Of a stretch of 50,822 nucleotides of DNA, positions 8,771 through 18,965 are shown piece by piece. The stretch comes from a virus. Taxonomy: Duplodnaviria > Caudoviricetes. The position numbers and the translations under genes were made by a program. The DNA lies in IMG/VR virus record IMGVR_UViG_3300037423_000868, positions 1-50,822 of that record; one strand, written 5' to 3'. How positions within the stretch are numbered: position 1 is the first letter of the stretch; each line of letters begins with the position of its first letter. The notes under the pieces were generated by a model. That model saw nothing but the letters and a program-made list of their open reading frames with translations, had not been told where the DNA came from and did no database searches.

Positions 8771-9082
8771 ATGCTGAAGCTGAAACCGAATCCCACCTTC
8801 ATGGCCAAGGTCGACATCCCGGCGCCGGGCGGCAACGTGTCGATCAAGGTCGAGTTCCGCCACATGACGCGCGACGAGTACAAGGCGTTCATCGAGGCCG
8901 AGGGCAAGTCCAAGCGCACCGACGAGGAAGCGCTGATGGACATCATGCGCGGCTGGGCCAATGTCGATGCCGAGTTCAACAAGGACAACGTCGCCGAGCT
9001 GTGCCAGCAGTATCACGCCGCGCCGCGCGCGATCGTCGAGGCTTTTATCCGCGAACTGACTCAGTTCAAACTGGGAAACTGA
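8771..9082 (+). CDS. Tail assembly chaperone (gpG-like)
   Basis: KLKPNPTF.AKV.IP start; ends LGN over the slippery site G GGA AAC. Confidence 0.88.
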   Translation: MLKLKPNPTFMAKVDIPAPGGNVSIKVEFRHMTRDEYKAFIEAEGKSKRTDEEALMDIMRGWANVDAEFNKDNVAELCQQYHAAPRAIVEAFIRELTQFKLGN

Positions 9083-9393
9083 GGGCGGCGGCAGCCGCGC
9101 TGTACCGCAAAAAGCCCGACCCGAAGGAACTGGCCATGTTCGGGCTCACGCCCGAGGATTACGCCAACGACTGGACCGTCGAGCTGTGGCCGGACAACCT
9201 GATTCCGGCGAACGTGTTCATCTCGATGGGCACCCAATGGCGCGTCGGGCCAGGAGGCGTCTACGGCCTCGATTACAACGCGCTGCCGGTGGTGATGGAC
9301 CTGCTGGCCGTGCCGGCCACCGAGCGTGCCGACGTGTTCGACGCGATTCGCACGATGGAAGACGCAGCACTCGAGGAGATGCGGAAGGAATAG
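9073..9393 (+). CDS. Tail assembly chaperone gpT part, reached by -1 frameshift
   Basis: The -1 frame is open from the slippery site 9073-9079; WPDN..F..MGTQWRVG.GG.YGLDY motif. Confidence 0.85.
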   Translation, partial: GKLRAAAAALYRKKPDPKELAMFGLTPEDYANDWTVELWPDNLIPANVFISMGTQWRVGPGGVYGLDYNALPVVMDLLAVPATERADVFDAIRTMEDAALEEMRKE

Positions 9394-9439
9394 CGCGCCG
9401 TTGTATGATCCCTTTGCCAACAACAACAAGGGGATCGGG

Positions 9440-9847
9440 ATGGGCAAGACAATGGTTTACCTGCTGCTTTGCGTCGCCTTGAGCGGCTGTGACAGCGACG
9501 CGGCGACGACGCAGCAATCGGACAATCCCGGCGGGCTGGCTGCCGAGGATGAGGTTGTCATGATCCCGGACTCCTTCGGGTGCGAATACTTCAACCAGTT
9601 CACCGAGGCGCTCGAGCACAAGACGCGCAAGGAATATTCCGCCTGGGCCGGCATCGTCGTGAAAAAGCCGTGGTGTTTCACGGCCAGCGATCTCGCGCCG
9701 AACCAGAAGTGGACAGTGCTGCAGATTCGCGGGCCGGTCATGCAGATCGGCCAGGCCAGCGTGCAGCAACGCGAAACCGACAAGGAACGATACGGACACC
9801 ATTACTGGACGGCGACCGCCTGGGGGAAAAGAGTCGCAAAGCAGTAG
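9440..9847 (+). CDS. Lipoprotein moron (possible superinfection exclusion)
   Basis: Signal peptide with lipobox LSG-C; -10-like TATGAT at about 9404; terminator hairpins at 9857-9910. Confidence 0.7.
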   Translation: MGKTMVYLLLCVALSGCDSDAATTQQSDNPGGLAAEDEVVMIPDSFGCEYFNQFTEALEHKTRKEYSAWAGIVVKKPWCFTASDLAPNQKWTVLQIRGPVMQIGQASVQQRETDKERYGHHYWTATAWGKRVAKQ

Positions 9848-9924
9848 ATCGCCGATCCCGCCTCGCTGAGGCGGTTTTCATTTCCGGGCTCGCTCAAGCG
9901 GGCCTTTTTCATTTCCAGGACGCG

Positions 9925-12900
9925 ATGGACAAGACGACGCTCACCCTTGCCGTAGACAGCACGCAGGTCAATACTGCGGCCGCTGCGCTATCGAAGATGG
10001 CGGGCGAAGGCTACAAGGCTGAAACCGTTGCCGTGCGCCTGGCCTCCGCCGCCACGCAGCAGGGCCGGGCCTTGTCCACCGCCTTCGGCAAGGGTGCGCT
10101 CGATGCCGCTGCCGCCGTCAAGGGGCTGACCGGCGCGACCAGTTCACTGGCTGCCGGCCAGGACTTCAGCAAGACGGCCACATCGCTGACTGCCGCGGCC
10201 GAACAGGCGAAATCCGCGACGGCAGCGGTGCGGGCATTCGGCGCCGCGATTGCGGCCGCATCCACGGCCACGCCGGCCGCCACGCCAAAAGCGCCGACGC
10301 AGACGAAGCTCGAAAACGCCGTGCGGCAACCTGTCGCCGTCGTCGACCGCAGCGCCGGCGTCACCGTCAACACGCAGCCGGTCACGGACGCGACCAATGC
10401 GCTCGGCAAGATGGCCGCGCAGGCGGCGAAAACGCAGAGCGCAACCGAGGCGCTGACCGAGGCAGCGAAGGCGCAGGGCGCGGCACTCGATTCCAGCGTT
10501 GCCGGCAGCGCCGAGAAGGCGACCGCCGCACTCGGCGACTTGGGCAAGGCATCCACGTCCGCGAACTATGCGGTGCCGGGCTCAGGCGTGGTCGCGAGCG
10601 TCAGCGCCGCCGTCACGAAGCAGGCACAGGCGGCAAGCGGCCAGGAGACGAACGGCACCGCGCAACTGGCTGCGCAGGCGACCGCAGTCGGCGCTGCCGC
10701 AAGCAAGTCCGTCAAGGGCGTCGATGACCTCGGCAAGAGCGCCAAGGCGATGGCGCAAGCGCACCAGATCGCCGCCATCCAGGTCAAGGATTTCGTCGAG
10801 CAGGTCATTTCCGGCGGCTCGCCGGTACGCGCGTTTGCGCAGCAGGGTCTGGCCGTGGTGTCGACCTACGGCGGCTTCAAGGCGGCGCTGAGCGGCATCG
10901 CGAGCCTGCTCAGCCCCTTCCGCATTGGCGTCGGCGCTGTCGTGGCGGCGCTCGGCACGTTCGGCTATGCGCAATACCAGGCCAGCCAGCAGTCCAAGGC
11001 ATTCAAGGACGCGCTCGTCCTGACCGGCAACTTCGCCGGCATTACCGAGCAGCAGTTCGACGACATGGCGAAGCACATCTCGGATGCGACGCATTCGAGC
11101 ATGTCGTCGGTGCGGGAAATGATCACCGCGCTGGCCAATACCGGGCAGATCAAGCTGCCGGAGCTGGCCGATGCCGCCGAAGCGGCGCAGCGCTATGCCA
11201 AGGCAACCGGCAAGACGCCGCAGGATGTCGCCGGCGAACTTGCACAGGCAAGACGGAACCCGCTCGGGTATGTCGACGAGGCCAACAAGAACGGCAGCAA
11301 CCTCTTCAGTGCAGCCGACCGGCAGATGATCAAGGATCTGCAGGAGGCCGGCAAGCTCCCCGAAGCCTTCGACGTCGTCGTCAAGAAGTGGTCCACCAGC
11401 CTGAAAGGCCTGGAGAACAATGTCGGCACGTTCGGCAAGGCGCTCGACGAGGTCAAGACCCGGGCGTCGCAGTTCATCGATTTCCTTGGCCGGCTCAAGA
11501 TTCCCGATTCCATCCTCGCGGGTGGCGCGGGCTTCACCGGCGATGCGCCGATCATGCCGGCCGCGACGGCGTCGATGGCGGCCTCCGAGGTCGAGGCGCA
11601 ACGCCAGGCAGCGGAAGAAAAGGCGAAGCAGGACCGCGCCCGCGCGGAAGCCGAATCGAAGGCTGCCGAGATCCGGCAAAAGGGCACCGCCGCCGCCGAG
11701 CGCCTCGATGCGCTGAACGAGCGCGCCAACCCGGCCGAGACGGCAAAGCGGGTCAAATCGCAGACCGAGCGCGACATCGCCGATGCGGCGGCCAGCGGCA
11801 AGGCCTACACGCCGCAGCAGATCGCGCGCATGCGCCTGCAGAATACGCTGGACACGACCGACCCGAGGATCCTGCAGAACGCCAGCGTCAACTACTCGAC
11901 GCGCGTGCAGCAGTTCCAGGACGCGCTGCAGAAAGAGCAGCAGGCGCTGTCGTTCTTCAACCAGTACCAGTCGAACCAGTATCAGGCCGGCGCGGTGTCG
12001 CTGGACAAGTTCTACGACGACAAGGTCGAGAACATCAAGAAGGGCACTTCTGCCGAGATTGCCGAGCTCGAGAAGGAAAAGGCCGCTACGCAGCAGTTGC
12101 TCAGGTCGGTGGTCGACCCGACGCAGCGCGCCGAACTGCAGGGCCGCATCAAGCGGTACGACACGCAAATCGGCATGGCCGCCGACCGCGGCAACTACGA
12201 CGAGGCGCTCGCGCGCCAGGAGCGCGAAGCCGCGCAGCGCGGGCAAGCCGACCAGGTCGACAACTTCCGCGCGAACGTTGCGCAGTCTTCCGGCAATGAG
12301 CTCGGCGCCGCACTGATCCGCGCGCAGACGTCCGAGCGGCAGAACCGCATCTTCGCCGGGCAGACCGGCGGCCAGGTCACCGAGGCGGATGTGAAACGCC
12401 TGACCGACCTGACCGTGATCCAGGCGAAATACCAGGACATCCAGACCCGCTCCGGCTTTGTCGCGCAATCCACGGCACGCGCCGAGGAAGCGGCGAACCT
12501 GGTGGCCGAGCAGTCCGGCAAATCGCTGCTGGAAACCGAAAACGACATCTACGCGGTGCGCAGCAAGGCCGTCGAGCAGCTCGCCAAGCTGAACGCGGAG
12601 ATGCAGGCGCTGGCCGCCGTGTCGAGCGACCCGAAGATCAAGCAGGCGGCGGCGGACCTCGCGCTGCAGCTCGCCAATGCCGTGGCCAAGATGGACCCGG
12701 CACTGCAGCGGCTGCGCGACGCGCAGAAGGAACTCGCTTCCGGCATCACGGGCACGATCAACTCGGCGATTACGAACCTGCCGCAGGATTACAGCGCGCG
12801 CCGCCAGCAGAATGCGCAGGACGTGAAGGACCAGAAAGACCTGTACGACCGCCGCATCGAGATCCAGGAAGGGTATCTCGCGAAAGCCGCGACGCTGGAG

Positions 12901-14499
12901 GACAAGGCGCGCATCCGCAAGAAGATTGCCGACCTGCAGGCGCAGAAGGATAGCGTCTCGGGCGAGTCGAAGGGCAAGACGCTGTTCGAATCGCTGAAGA
13001 CCTCGGTGCTGCAGCCGATCGGCGGCCAGATCGCCGGCACGTTCACGAAACTGCTGGTGACCGACCCGCTGCAGAAGCAGCTGGAAGCGCAATTTAAATC
13101 GCTGTCCGAGGGAGACGGCCTGTTCGCCGGTCTGTTCAGGGGCGCGATGGGCATCAAGGATCCGAAGACGGGCGCGTTGGATGCGCAGACGCTTGCGGTG
13201 CAGGCATCGACGACGGCACTCGACACGCTCGCCAATGCGGCCAACAGCGCGGCGAACGCCGTGCGCCCAGGCAGCGCCGGCGAGCAGGGCGCGGCGTCGC
13301 CGGCCACGCCGACGTCCACGCCGCTCGGCCAGGCGGTCGGTGGTGACCAGCAACCGGCCTCCACGGACCCGGAAGCCGCGCAGGCGATCGCCGATGCGCG
13401 CCGGGCGGTCGACGGCATGGGCAAGTCCACGGATGCGGCCAGCAGCGCCGTCACCGCGCTGGCAACCGCTGCCGGCAAGGGCGGCGGCGCGCTGTCGCTG
13501 TTCCCGAGCCTGCTGAACATGATCGGCTCGGCGGTGTCGTCCTTTGTCGTCAGCCTGACCGCATCCAGTGCAGCGTCCGGCGCCGGGTCAAGCGCAGGTT
13601 TCTGGGCCAGCCTGTTCGGCGCATCGTCGTCCAGCGGCGCGGCGGCATCCGGTGGCTCGTTCGGCTCGTCGACCACGCCTTCATCCTACATTTTCCATGA
13701 CGGCGGCGTGGTTGGCGGCTCCGGCGTCGTGCGCCAGGCGCCAGCCGGCATCTTCGCCGGCGCGGTGCGCTACCACACCGGCGGCATCGTCGGACAAAAG
13801 CCGGACGGCTCGCCGGTCTATGCGTCCGACGTGCTGAAAACCGGCGAGGTGCCGGCCATCCTGATGAAGAACGAGGAAGTGCTGCGCGCCGACGATCCGC
13901 GCCACCGCGACAACCTCGGCGAGTCAGCGTTCAGGGCAATCATGGCCGGCGCCAAGCCGTTCCAGGACGGCCCGAACAACCTCGCCGCCACTGGCCGCGG
14001 CGCGCTGCATGCGGCCACCTCCGTGCTGCAGACCGTTGCCGGCGTCATGGGCGCCGATTTCTCGTCGGCCGGCATCATGGGCAGCCTGTTCGACCGCCTC
14101 GGCGTGGGCGCGGGCGGCAAGGAGGCCGCGATCGCGCCGGCAGCGCCGGCCATGGCTGCGGAAGCGTCCAGCGCGCCGGACGGGCAACACACCGCCGTGG
14201 CCAGCGCGATGAAAATCGCCGGCGCGCGCGAGATGGGCGGCCCGGTGTCGCCCGGACAGCTCTATCGCGTCAACGAGAAGGGGCCGGAGCTGCTGAATGT
14301 CGCCGGCAAGCAGTACCTGATGATGGGTGCGCAGGGCGGCTCCGTCACGCCGAACAACCAGCTCGGCGGCGGCGAACAGCGCCCGATCCAGCAGACCGTG
14401 AACTTCTACAACAACGGCCCGATCGACCGGCGCACGCAGGCGCAACTGGCCTCGGCCGCCTACAGCGGCGCGGCGCGCCATTCAGCAAGGAACAACTGA
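9925..14499 (+). CDS. Tail tape measure protein (about 1524 aa)
   Basis: Long Ala-rich helical ORF after the chaperones; QQG..AL.LTGNFAG lambda-type TMP motif; SD AGGA before ATG 9925. Confidence 0.92.
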   Translation: MDKTTLTLAVDSTQVNTAAAALSKMAGEGYKAETVAVRLASAATQQGRALSTAFGKGALDAAAAVKGLTGATSSLAAGQDFSKTATSLTAAAEQAKSATAAVRAFGAAIAAASTATPAATPKAPTQTKLENAVRQPVAVVDRSAGVTVNTQPVTDATNALGKMAAQAAKTQSATEALTEAAKAQGAALDSSVAGSAEKATAALGDLGKASTSANYAVPGSGVVASVSAAVTKQAQAASGQETNGTAQLAAQATAVGAAASKSVKGVDDLGKSAKAMAQAHQIAAIQVKDFVEQVISGGSPVRAFAQQGLAVVSTYGGFKAALSGIASLLSPFRIGVGAVVAALGTFGYAQYQASQQSKAFKDALVLTGNFAGITEQQFDDMAKHISDATHSSMSSVREMITALANTGQIKLPELADAAEAAQRYAKATGKTPQDVAGELAQARRNPLGYVDEANKNGSNLFSAADRQMIKDLQEAGKLPEAFDVVVKKWSTSLKGLENNVGTFGKALDEVKTRASQFIDFLGRLKIPDSILAGGAGFTGDAPIMPAATASMAASEVEAQRQAAEEKAKQDRARAEAESKAAEIRQKGTAAAERLDALNERANPAETAKRVKSQTERDIADAAASGKAYTPQQIARMRLQNTLDTTDPRILQNASVNYSTRVQQFQDALQKEQQALSFFNQYQSNQYQAGAVSLDKFYDDKVENIKKGTSAEIAELEKEKAATQQLLRSVVDPTQRAELQGRIKRYDTQIGMAADRGNYDEALARQEREAAQRGQADQVDNFRANVAQSSGNELGAALIRAQTSERQNRIFAGQTGGQVTEADVKRLTDLTVIQAKYQDIQTRSGFVAQSTARAEEAANLVAEQSGKSLLETENDIYAVRSKAVEQLAKLNAEMQALAAVSSDPKIKQAAADLALQLANAVAKMDPALQRLRDAQKELASGITGTINSAITNLPQDYSARRQQNAQDVKDQKDLYDRRIEIQEGYLAKAATLEDKARIRKKIADLQAQKDSVSGESKGKTLFESLKTSVLQPIGGQIAGTFTKLLVTDPLQKQLEAQFKSLSEGDGLFAGLFRGAMGIKDPKTGALDAQTLAVQASTTALDTLANAANSAANAVRPGSAGEQGAASPATPTSTPLGQAVGGDQQPASTDPEAAQAIADARRAVDGMGKSTDAASSAVTALATAAGKGGGALSLFPSLLNMIGSAVSSFVVSLTASSAASGAGSSAGFWASLFGASSSSGAAASGGSFGSSTTPSSYIFHDGGVVGGSGVVRQAPAGIFAGAVRYHTGGIVGQKPDGSPVYASDVLKTGEVPAILMKNEEVLRADDPRHRDNLGESAFRAIMAGAKPFQDGPNNLAATGRGALHAATSVLQTVAGVMGADFSSAGIMGSLFDRLGVGAGGKEAAIAPAAPAMAAEASSAPDGQHTAVASAMKIAGAREMGGPVSPGQLYRVNEKGPELLNVAGKQYLMMGAQGGSVTPNNQLGGGEQRPIQQTVNFYNNGPIDRRTQAQLASAAYSGAARHSARNN

Positions 14500-15134
14500 T
14501 GCCGATCACCGTCCTCTCCGACCTGATCCTGCCGAACACCGTGATCAGCTCGGGCATCCGCGGCAAGATCATCCGCAAGAACGACCGCGTGCAGACCGAC
14601 AACGGCTTCGAGTCGATCAACATCATCTGGGCGGCCGGCATCCGGCAATACGAGTTCGGCACGGTGCCGATGCTGATCGACCAGTGGCAGATCATCGAGT
14701 CGTTCCACGAGATCACCTGCGGCGGCGCCTACGGCTTCCTCATGTTCGATCCCAAGGACCATGTCGTCACGCAGGAAAGGAGCGGCGTCAAGGCGGTCAC
14801 GGTGGGAACCGAGACCTATTACCAGATCCAGCGCAGGTACATCGACAAGGTGTCCGGCCGCTACCGCGACCGTCCGATTTCCCGGCCGCTGATTGGCGAA
14901 TTCACGCTGTATCAGAACGGCATCGTGCTCGGCGGCGCCGAGATGGTGGACCCGGAAACCGGGCGCCTGACGATCGTGCCCTCCAGCGTCGATAACCTGA
15001 CGTGGTCCGGCCGCTTCTACACGCCCGTGCACTTCCTCGACGATTCCATCGACTGGGATCTGGTTTCCCCGGGCGGCTATGACCAGCGCTTCCTGGCCGG
15101 CCCGTCGGTCGTGCTGCAGGAGGTGAAAGAGTGA
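14499..15134 (+). CDS. Distal tail protein (GTA-like, DUF2460-type)
   Basis: GFLMFDPKD and LTWSGRFYTPVHF motifs; position after TMP. Confidence 0.8.
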   Translation: MPITVLSDLILPNTVISSGIRGKIIRKNDRVQTDNGFESINIIWAAGIRQYEFGTVPMLIDQWQIIESFHEITCGGAYGFLMFDPKDHVVTQERSGVKAVTVGTETYYQIQRRYIDKVSGRYRDRPISRPLIGEFTLYQNGIVLGGAEMVDPETGRLTIVPSSVDNLTWSGRFYTPVHFLDDSIDWDLVSPGGYDQRFLAGPSVVLQEVKE

Positions 15135-15991
15135 AGACCTGGTCGCCGGAACTGAAGGCAAGCTACGCGCAGGGCACCACCACGCTCGCGACCTGCGTGA
15201 AGATCACGCGCCGCGACGGCGTGGTGTTCGGCTCGACCTCGCTCGATCACGACCTGGTCATCGATGGCGTCACGTACCTGGCGGCTGCCGGCCATATCGG
15301 CTCCGAGGTGGAGAGCTCCTCCGAGCTGAACCCGGACAACCTCGAAATCACCGGGTTTTTGCACAGCCCGGCGCTCACCGACGAGGACATCCATGCCGGC
15401 GTCTGGGACTATGCCGCGGTGCTCTTGTTCGAAGTCGACTATGAAGACACGACCAGGGGCGTCAACGTGCTGCGCGCCGGCACGCTGGGCGAAGTGAAGG
15501 CGGGCCGCTCGAAATTCACCGTCGAATTCCGCGGCCTGATGCAGGCCTTCACGAAGACCATCATCCGCCTGACGACGAAGGATTGCACGGCCGACCTGGG
15601 TGATGCGCGCTGCAAGATCGTGCTGACGACCTACACCGTCGACGGCTATGTCGCCACGGTCACAGACAACCGCGTCATCACCGATGCGGCCCGCTCCGAG
15701 CCCGACGACTGGTTCACCGCCGGCAAGCTGACCTTCACCTCGGGATTGAACCGTGGCCTGTCGATGGAAGTGAAGCAGTCGACAGCGGGCATGCTCGCGC
15801 TGCACGAGCGCATGCCCTACGAAATCAAGCCCGGCGACGCGTATTCGGTCCATGCCGGCTGCACGAAGCGCGCGTTCGAGGATTGCCGCGACAAGTTCCA
15901 CAACTACGTGAATTTCCGCGGCTTCCCGGACGTGCCGGGCGCCAGCATCTATCAGCGTGGCGGCGAAACGATAGGAACGACCTCCGCATGA
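15131..15991 (+). CDS. Baseplate hub protein (GTA-like, DUF2163/BR0599-type)
   Basis: ITRRDG..FG.T..D.DL, C.ADLGDARC, GC.K...C..KF.N..NFRGFP. Confidence 0.88.
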   Translation: MKTWSPELKASYAQGTTTLATCVKITRRDGVVFGSTSLDHDLVIDGVTYLAAAGHIGSEVESSSELNPDNLEITGFLHSPALTDEDIHAGVWDYAAVLLFEVDYEDTTRGVNVLRAGTLGEVKAGRSKFTVEFRGLMQAFTKTIIRLTTKDCTADLGDARCKIVLTTYTVDGYVATVTDNRVITDAARSEPDDWFTAGKLTFTSGLNRGLSMEVKQSTAGMLALHERMPYEIKPGDAYSVHAGCTKRAFEDCRDKFHNYVNFRGFPDVPGASIYQRGGETIGTTSA

Positions 15992-16419
15992 AACCAGAAC
16001 AGATCGTCGCGATCGCCCGGGAAATGCTCGGCGCGCGCTGGCAGCACCAGGCGAGGGTCGGCGGCGTGGCCATGGACTGCGCCGGCCTGCCGATCCTCAT
16101 CGGGCAGAGACTCGGCATGTCGGTCGACGCGCTCGCCAATTACGGCCGTCTGCCGCAGCCAGTTGAGATGCGCGCCGAGCTCGAGCGGCACCTGGTGCGC
16201 GTGTCGCGCGAAGCGATGCAGGCCGGCGATGTCGCCTGGCTGCGGTTCGACGCCGAGCCGCAGCACTTCGGCATCCTCGGCGACTACGTGCACGGCGGAC
16301 TGTCGCTGATCCACGCGTTCAACGGCGCCGGCGTCAACCGGGTCGTCGAGCACCGCCTGGACGACGAATGGCGGGGCCGCATCGTCGCCGTGTGGCGCTT
16401 CCCGGGAGTCGAGGCATGA
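15988..16419 (+). CDS. NlpC/P60-family tail peptidase
   Basis: WQHQAR..G.MDCAGL, QHFGI and LIHA catalytic Cys/His pattern. Confidence 0.88.
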   Translation: MKPEQIVAIAREMLGARWQHQARVGGVAMDCAGLPILIGQRLGMSVDALANYGRLPQPVEMRAELERHLVRVSREAMQAGDVAWLRFDAEPQHFGILGDYVHGGLSLIHAFNGAGVNRVVEHRLDDEWRGRIVAVWRFPGVEA

Positions 16420-18965
16420 GCTGGCAGGCATTTGGACAGGTCGTTGGCGCGATCGCTGGCTTCTATCTCGGCCCGGCAGGTTATGGCGCAGTTGCAGCAG
16501 CGTTTGGCAGCGCGATCGGCGGCGCGGTCGGTTCGTCGTTTGACAGCCTGCCGACACAATACGGCCCGCGGCTCGATGACCTCACGCCCCAGTCGTCGGA
16601 CTACGGCCGCCCGATCCCGATCGTGTACGGCACCGTCGGCATCCAGGGCAACGTGATCTGGTCCTCGGATTACGTCGAGGAAAAGACCGAGACCGACGTC
16701 GGCGGCAAGGGCGGACCGTCGCAGACCGCGGTCAGCTATTCCTACTATGGAAACTTCGCGATCGCGTTCGCCGAAGGCGAGTGTTCGATCGGCCGCATGT
16801 GGGCCGGCCCGGAAAAGCGCCTGATCTATGACGGCGTGCTGCTCGAAGGCGGCGGCACGGTGCGGTTCTATTCCGGCAGCGAGGACCAGCTGCCTGACCC
16901 GCTGATCGAGTCGTACCTCGGCGCCGGCAATGTGCCGGCGTACCGCGGCACGTGCTATGTCGTGTTCGAGAAATTCCCGCTGGTCAAGGACGGCAATGTG
17001 ATCCCGTTCATCACCGCCGAGGTCGGCGCGAAGGCCGGTGCGCGCGGCCTCGATCCGGTGCCGCTGGGAGAGGTGCCGCCGACGAACCCGTTTGGCACCG
17101 TCGTGGCGTCGGTCGACCCGACGACGGGTCTGATCTGGACGATGCAAAGCACCTACGGCAACAGCCAGATGACTTATCAGGTGACCGTGACCAGCGACAA
17201 GGACCAGTCGCAGGTGTCCAGCACCGCGGTCGCCCCGTCCGCCTACAACCTGTCGCCGATCCGATACAAGTGCGGCATCGAGGGCGCGCCGCTGAACACC
17301 GTGGCCATGACCTGCATCTTCCCGGTCGAGGGCGGGATGATGTGCCTCGGCGAAAGCGGCGGCTCGAACCGGGATGTCTGGGTGCTGTTCGGGCCGGGGC
17401 TGCCGCATCCGATGGTCAGTTACACCTGGGACTACGAGATTTGCCCGATGGGCGGCCTCGACACCCCGGTCGACAAGGACCATGGCACGTCGACGCCGAT
17501 GCTCGGCTTCCAGGATCCGGTTTCCCTGCGGCTGGTCGTGCTGCGCCAGAACGGCTATGTCGACCTGGTGGACATGTACAACGGCGAGCGCCCGTTCAAG
17601 AGCGATACCTACAACGGCGTTCCCGGCGTGTATCTGATCGGCGGGGCAAGCCTGGGCCCGCTGTATTTCGACAAGGTGCTGGTCACGCAGAAATACTTCT
17701 GCACGTTCTTGCACGGCAATGCCACGCTGATGATCGTGCGCGCGCTCGGCACGCACGAGTTCATCTTCCAGACCGACACGAACATGACCGTGGGCGTGGA
17801 CGGCGACGCCGTCTACGACAAGGACCGGGACCGGGTCTTCATCGCCTATGGCGTCGGCACGCCGGTCCTCCACTACAAGGTCATCGACCTCAAGACGCTC
17901 GAAGTCACCGACGGCACCTTCGGCCCGGGCACCTCGGATGTTGCCGGCCGCGACCCGTCCTACAACGTGCGCGCGGTCACCTATTACCAGGGCAAGTACA
18001 TCGTCGGCGCCAACGGCGGGCTCGGCAGCGACGTCTACACGACGCTGTACATGGTCGACGCGAACACGCTGACGCTGCAGGGCACGTTCACCTACGAGCC
18101 GACGACAGCGGGCCAATTGAAATACCCGCTGCTGACGCCGTCGGATGGCAAGTCGCCGTGGGTCTACAGCTTCGACAGCAGCGGGGTCAAGCGCCTGTCC
18201 CTCGGCGGCGCGTTCCAGGCGCAGCCGGTCGGCCTGGGCGAGATCGTCGCGGACCTGTCCGCGCGCGCGGGACTGACTGCGGACCAGATCGACGTCAGCG
18301 CGCTGACCGACATGGTCGACGGCTACGCGATCGCGAAGCAGACGTCGGTGCGCAGCGCGATCGACGCGCTGCGGCCCACCTACTACTTTGACGCGGTCGA
18401 ATCAGAAGGCGTCGTCAAGTTCGTCAAGCGCGGCGGCGAAAGCGTCGCCGACATTGATCTTGGCGAGCTCGACGCGCACCAGTCCGACGGCGAGCCTGGC
18501 GACCCGCTGCCGATCACGCGCCAGATGGAAGTCGAATTGCCGCGCACGGTAAACGTGAATTACCTGTCCGAGGCGCTCGATTACTCCGGCATGACGAAGA
18601 TCGCGCGGCGCCTGATCGGCTCCAGCGACCAGCAGACGACGCTGGACTTCGCGCTGGTGATGAGCGACACGAAGGCGCAGGAAGTCGCCGAGGTGAACGT
18701 GCACCTGCCGTGGGTGCAGCGCCTGAAATACGGCCCCTTCAAGCTGCCGCGCCGGTACGGCTACCTCGAGCCGACCGACCCGATCACGATTGATGGCTAC
18801 GGCATGCTGCTGACCAAGGTCACGGCATCGCCGACCGGCGTGCTGACGTGCGAGGCGGTCGCCGAGGACGCGAGCCACTACACGCCGCACGTCGTCGTCA
18901 CCGAGACGCCGCCGACGGACAAGGTGGTCTATGCGCCCGGCGAAACGACCCTGGAGCTGATGTAA
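16416..18965 (+). CDS. Tail tip / central fibre protein, N-terminal part (GTA megatron-like) with a large inserted beta-rich domain
   Basis: GPRLDDL..S.YG.PIP.VYG, FY.G.EDQ.PDP.IE, PAYRG..Y.VF, FDAVES.G.KF.KRG and LEP.D motifs. Confidence 0.85.
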   Translation: MSWQAFGQVVGAIAGFYLGPAGYGAVAAAFGSAIGGAVGSSFDSLPTQYGPRLDDLTPQSSDYGRPIPIVYGTVGIQGNVIWSSDYVEEKTETDVGGKGGPSQTAVSYSYYGNFAIAFAEGECSIGRMWAGPEKRLIYDGVLLEGGGTVRFYSGSEDQLPDPLIESYLGAGNVPAYRGTCYVVFEKFPLVKDGNVIPFITAEVGAKAGARGLDPVPLGEVPPTNPFGTVVASVDPTTGLIWTMQSTYGNSQMTYQVTVTSDKDQSQVSSTAVAPSAYNLSPIRYKCGIEGAPLNTVAMTCIFPVEGGMMCLGESGGSNRDVWVLFGPGLPHPMVSYTWDYEICPMGGLDTPVDKDHGTSTPMLGFQDPVSLRLVVLRQNGYVDLVDMYNGERPFKSDTYNGVPGVYLIGGASLGPLYFDKVLVTQKYFCTFLHGNATLMIVRALGTHEFIFQTDTNMTVGVDGDAVYDKDRDRVFIAYGVGTPVLHYKVIDLKTLEVTDGTFGPGTSDVAGRDPSYNVRAVTYYQGKYIVGANGGLGSDVYTTLYMVDANTLTLQGTFTYEPTTAGQLKYPLLTPSDGKSPWVYSFDSSGVKRLSLGGAFQAQPVGLGEIVADLSARAGLTADQIDVSALTDMVDGYAIAKQTSVRSAIDALRPTYYFDAVESEGVVKFVKRGGESVADIDLGELDAHQSDGEPGDPLPITRQMEVELPRTVNVNYLSEALDYSGMTKIARRLIGSSDQQTTLDFALVMSDTKAQEVAEVNVHLPWVQRLKYGPFKLPRRYGYLEPTDPITIDGYGMLLTKVTASPTGVLTCEAVAEDASHYTPHVVVTETPPTDKVVYAPGETTLELM

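Noticed and set aside
10582-13353. 923-aa minus-strand ORF and other long antisense ORFs (16284-18116, 48389-50785, 7867-8988)
   Set aside because: Shadow frames of GC3-rich genes on the opposite strand; no motifs or RBS
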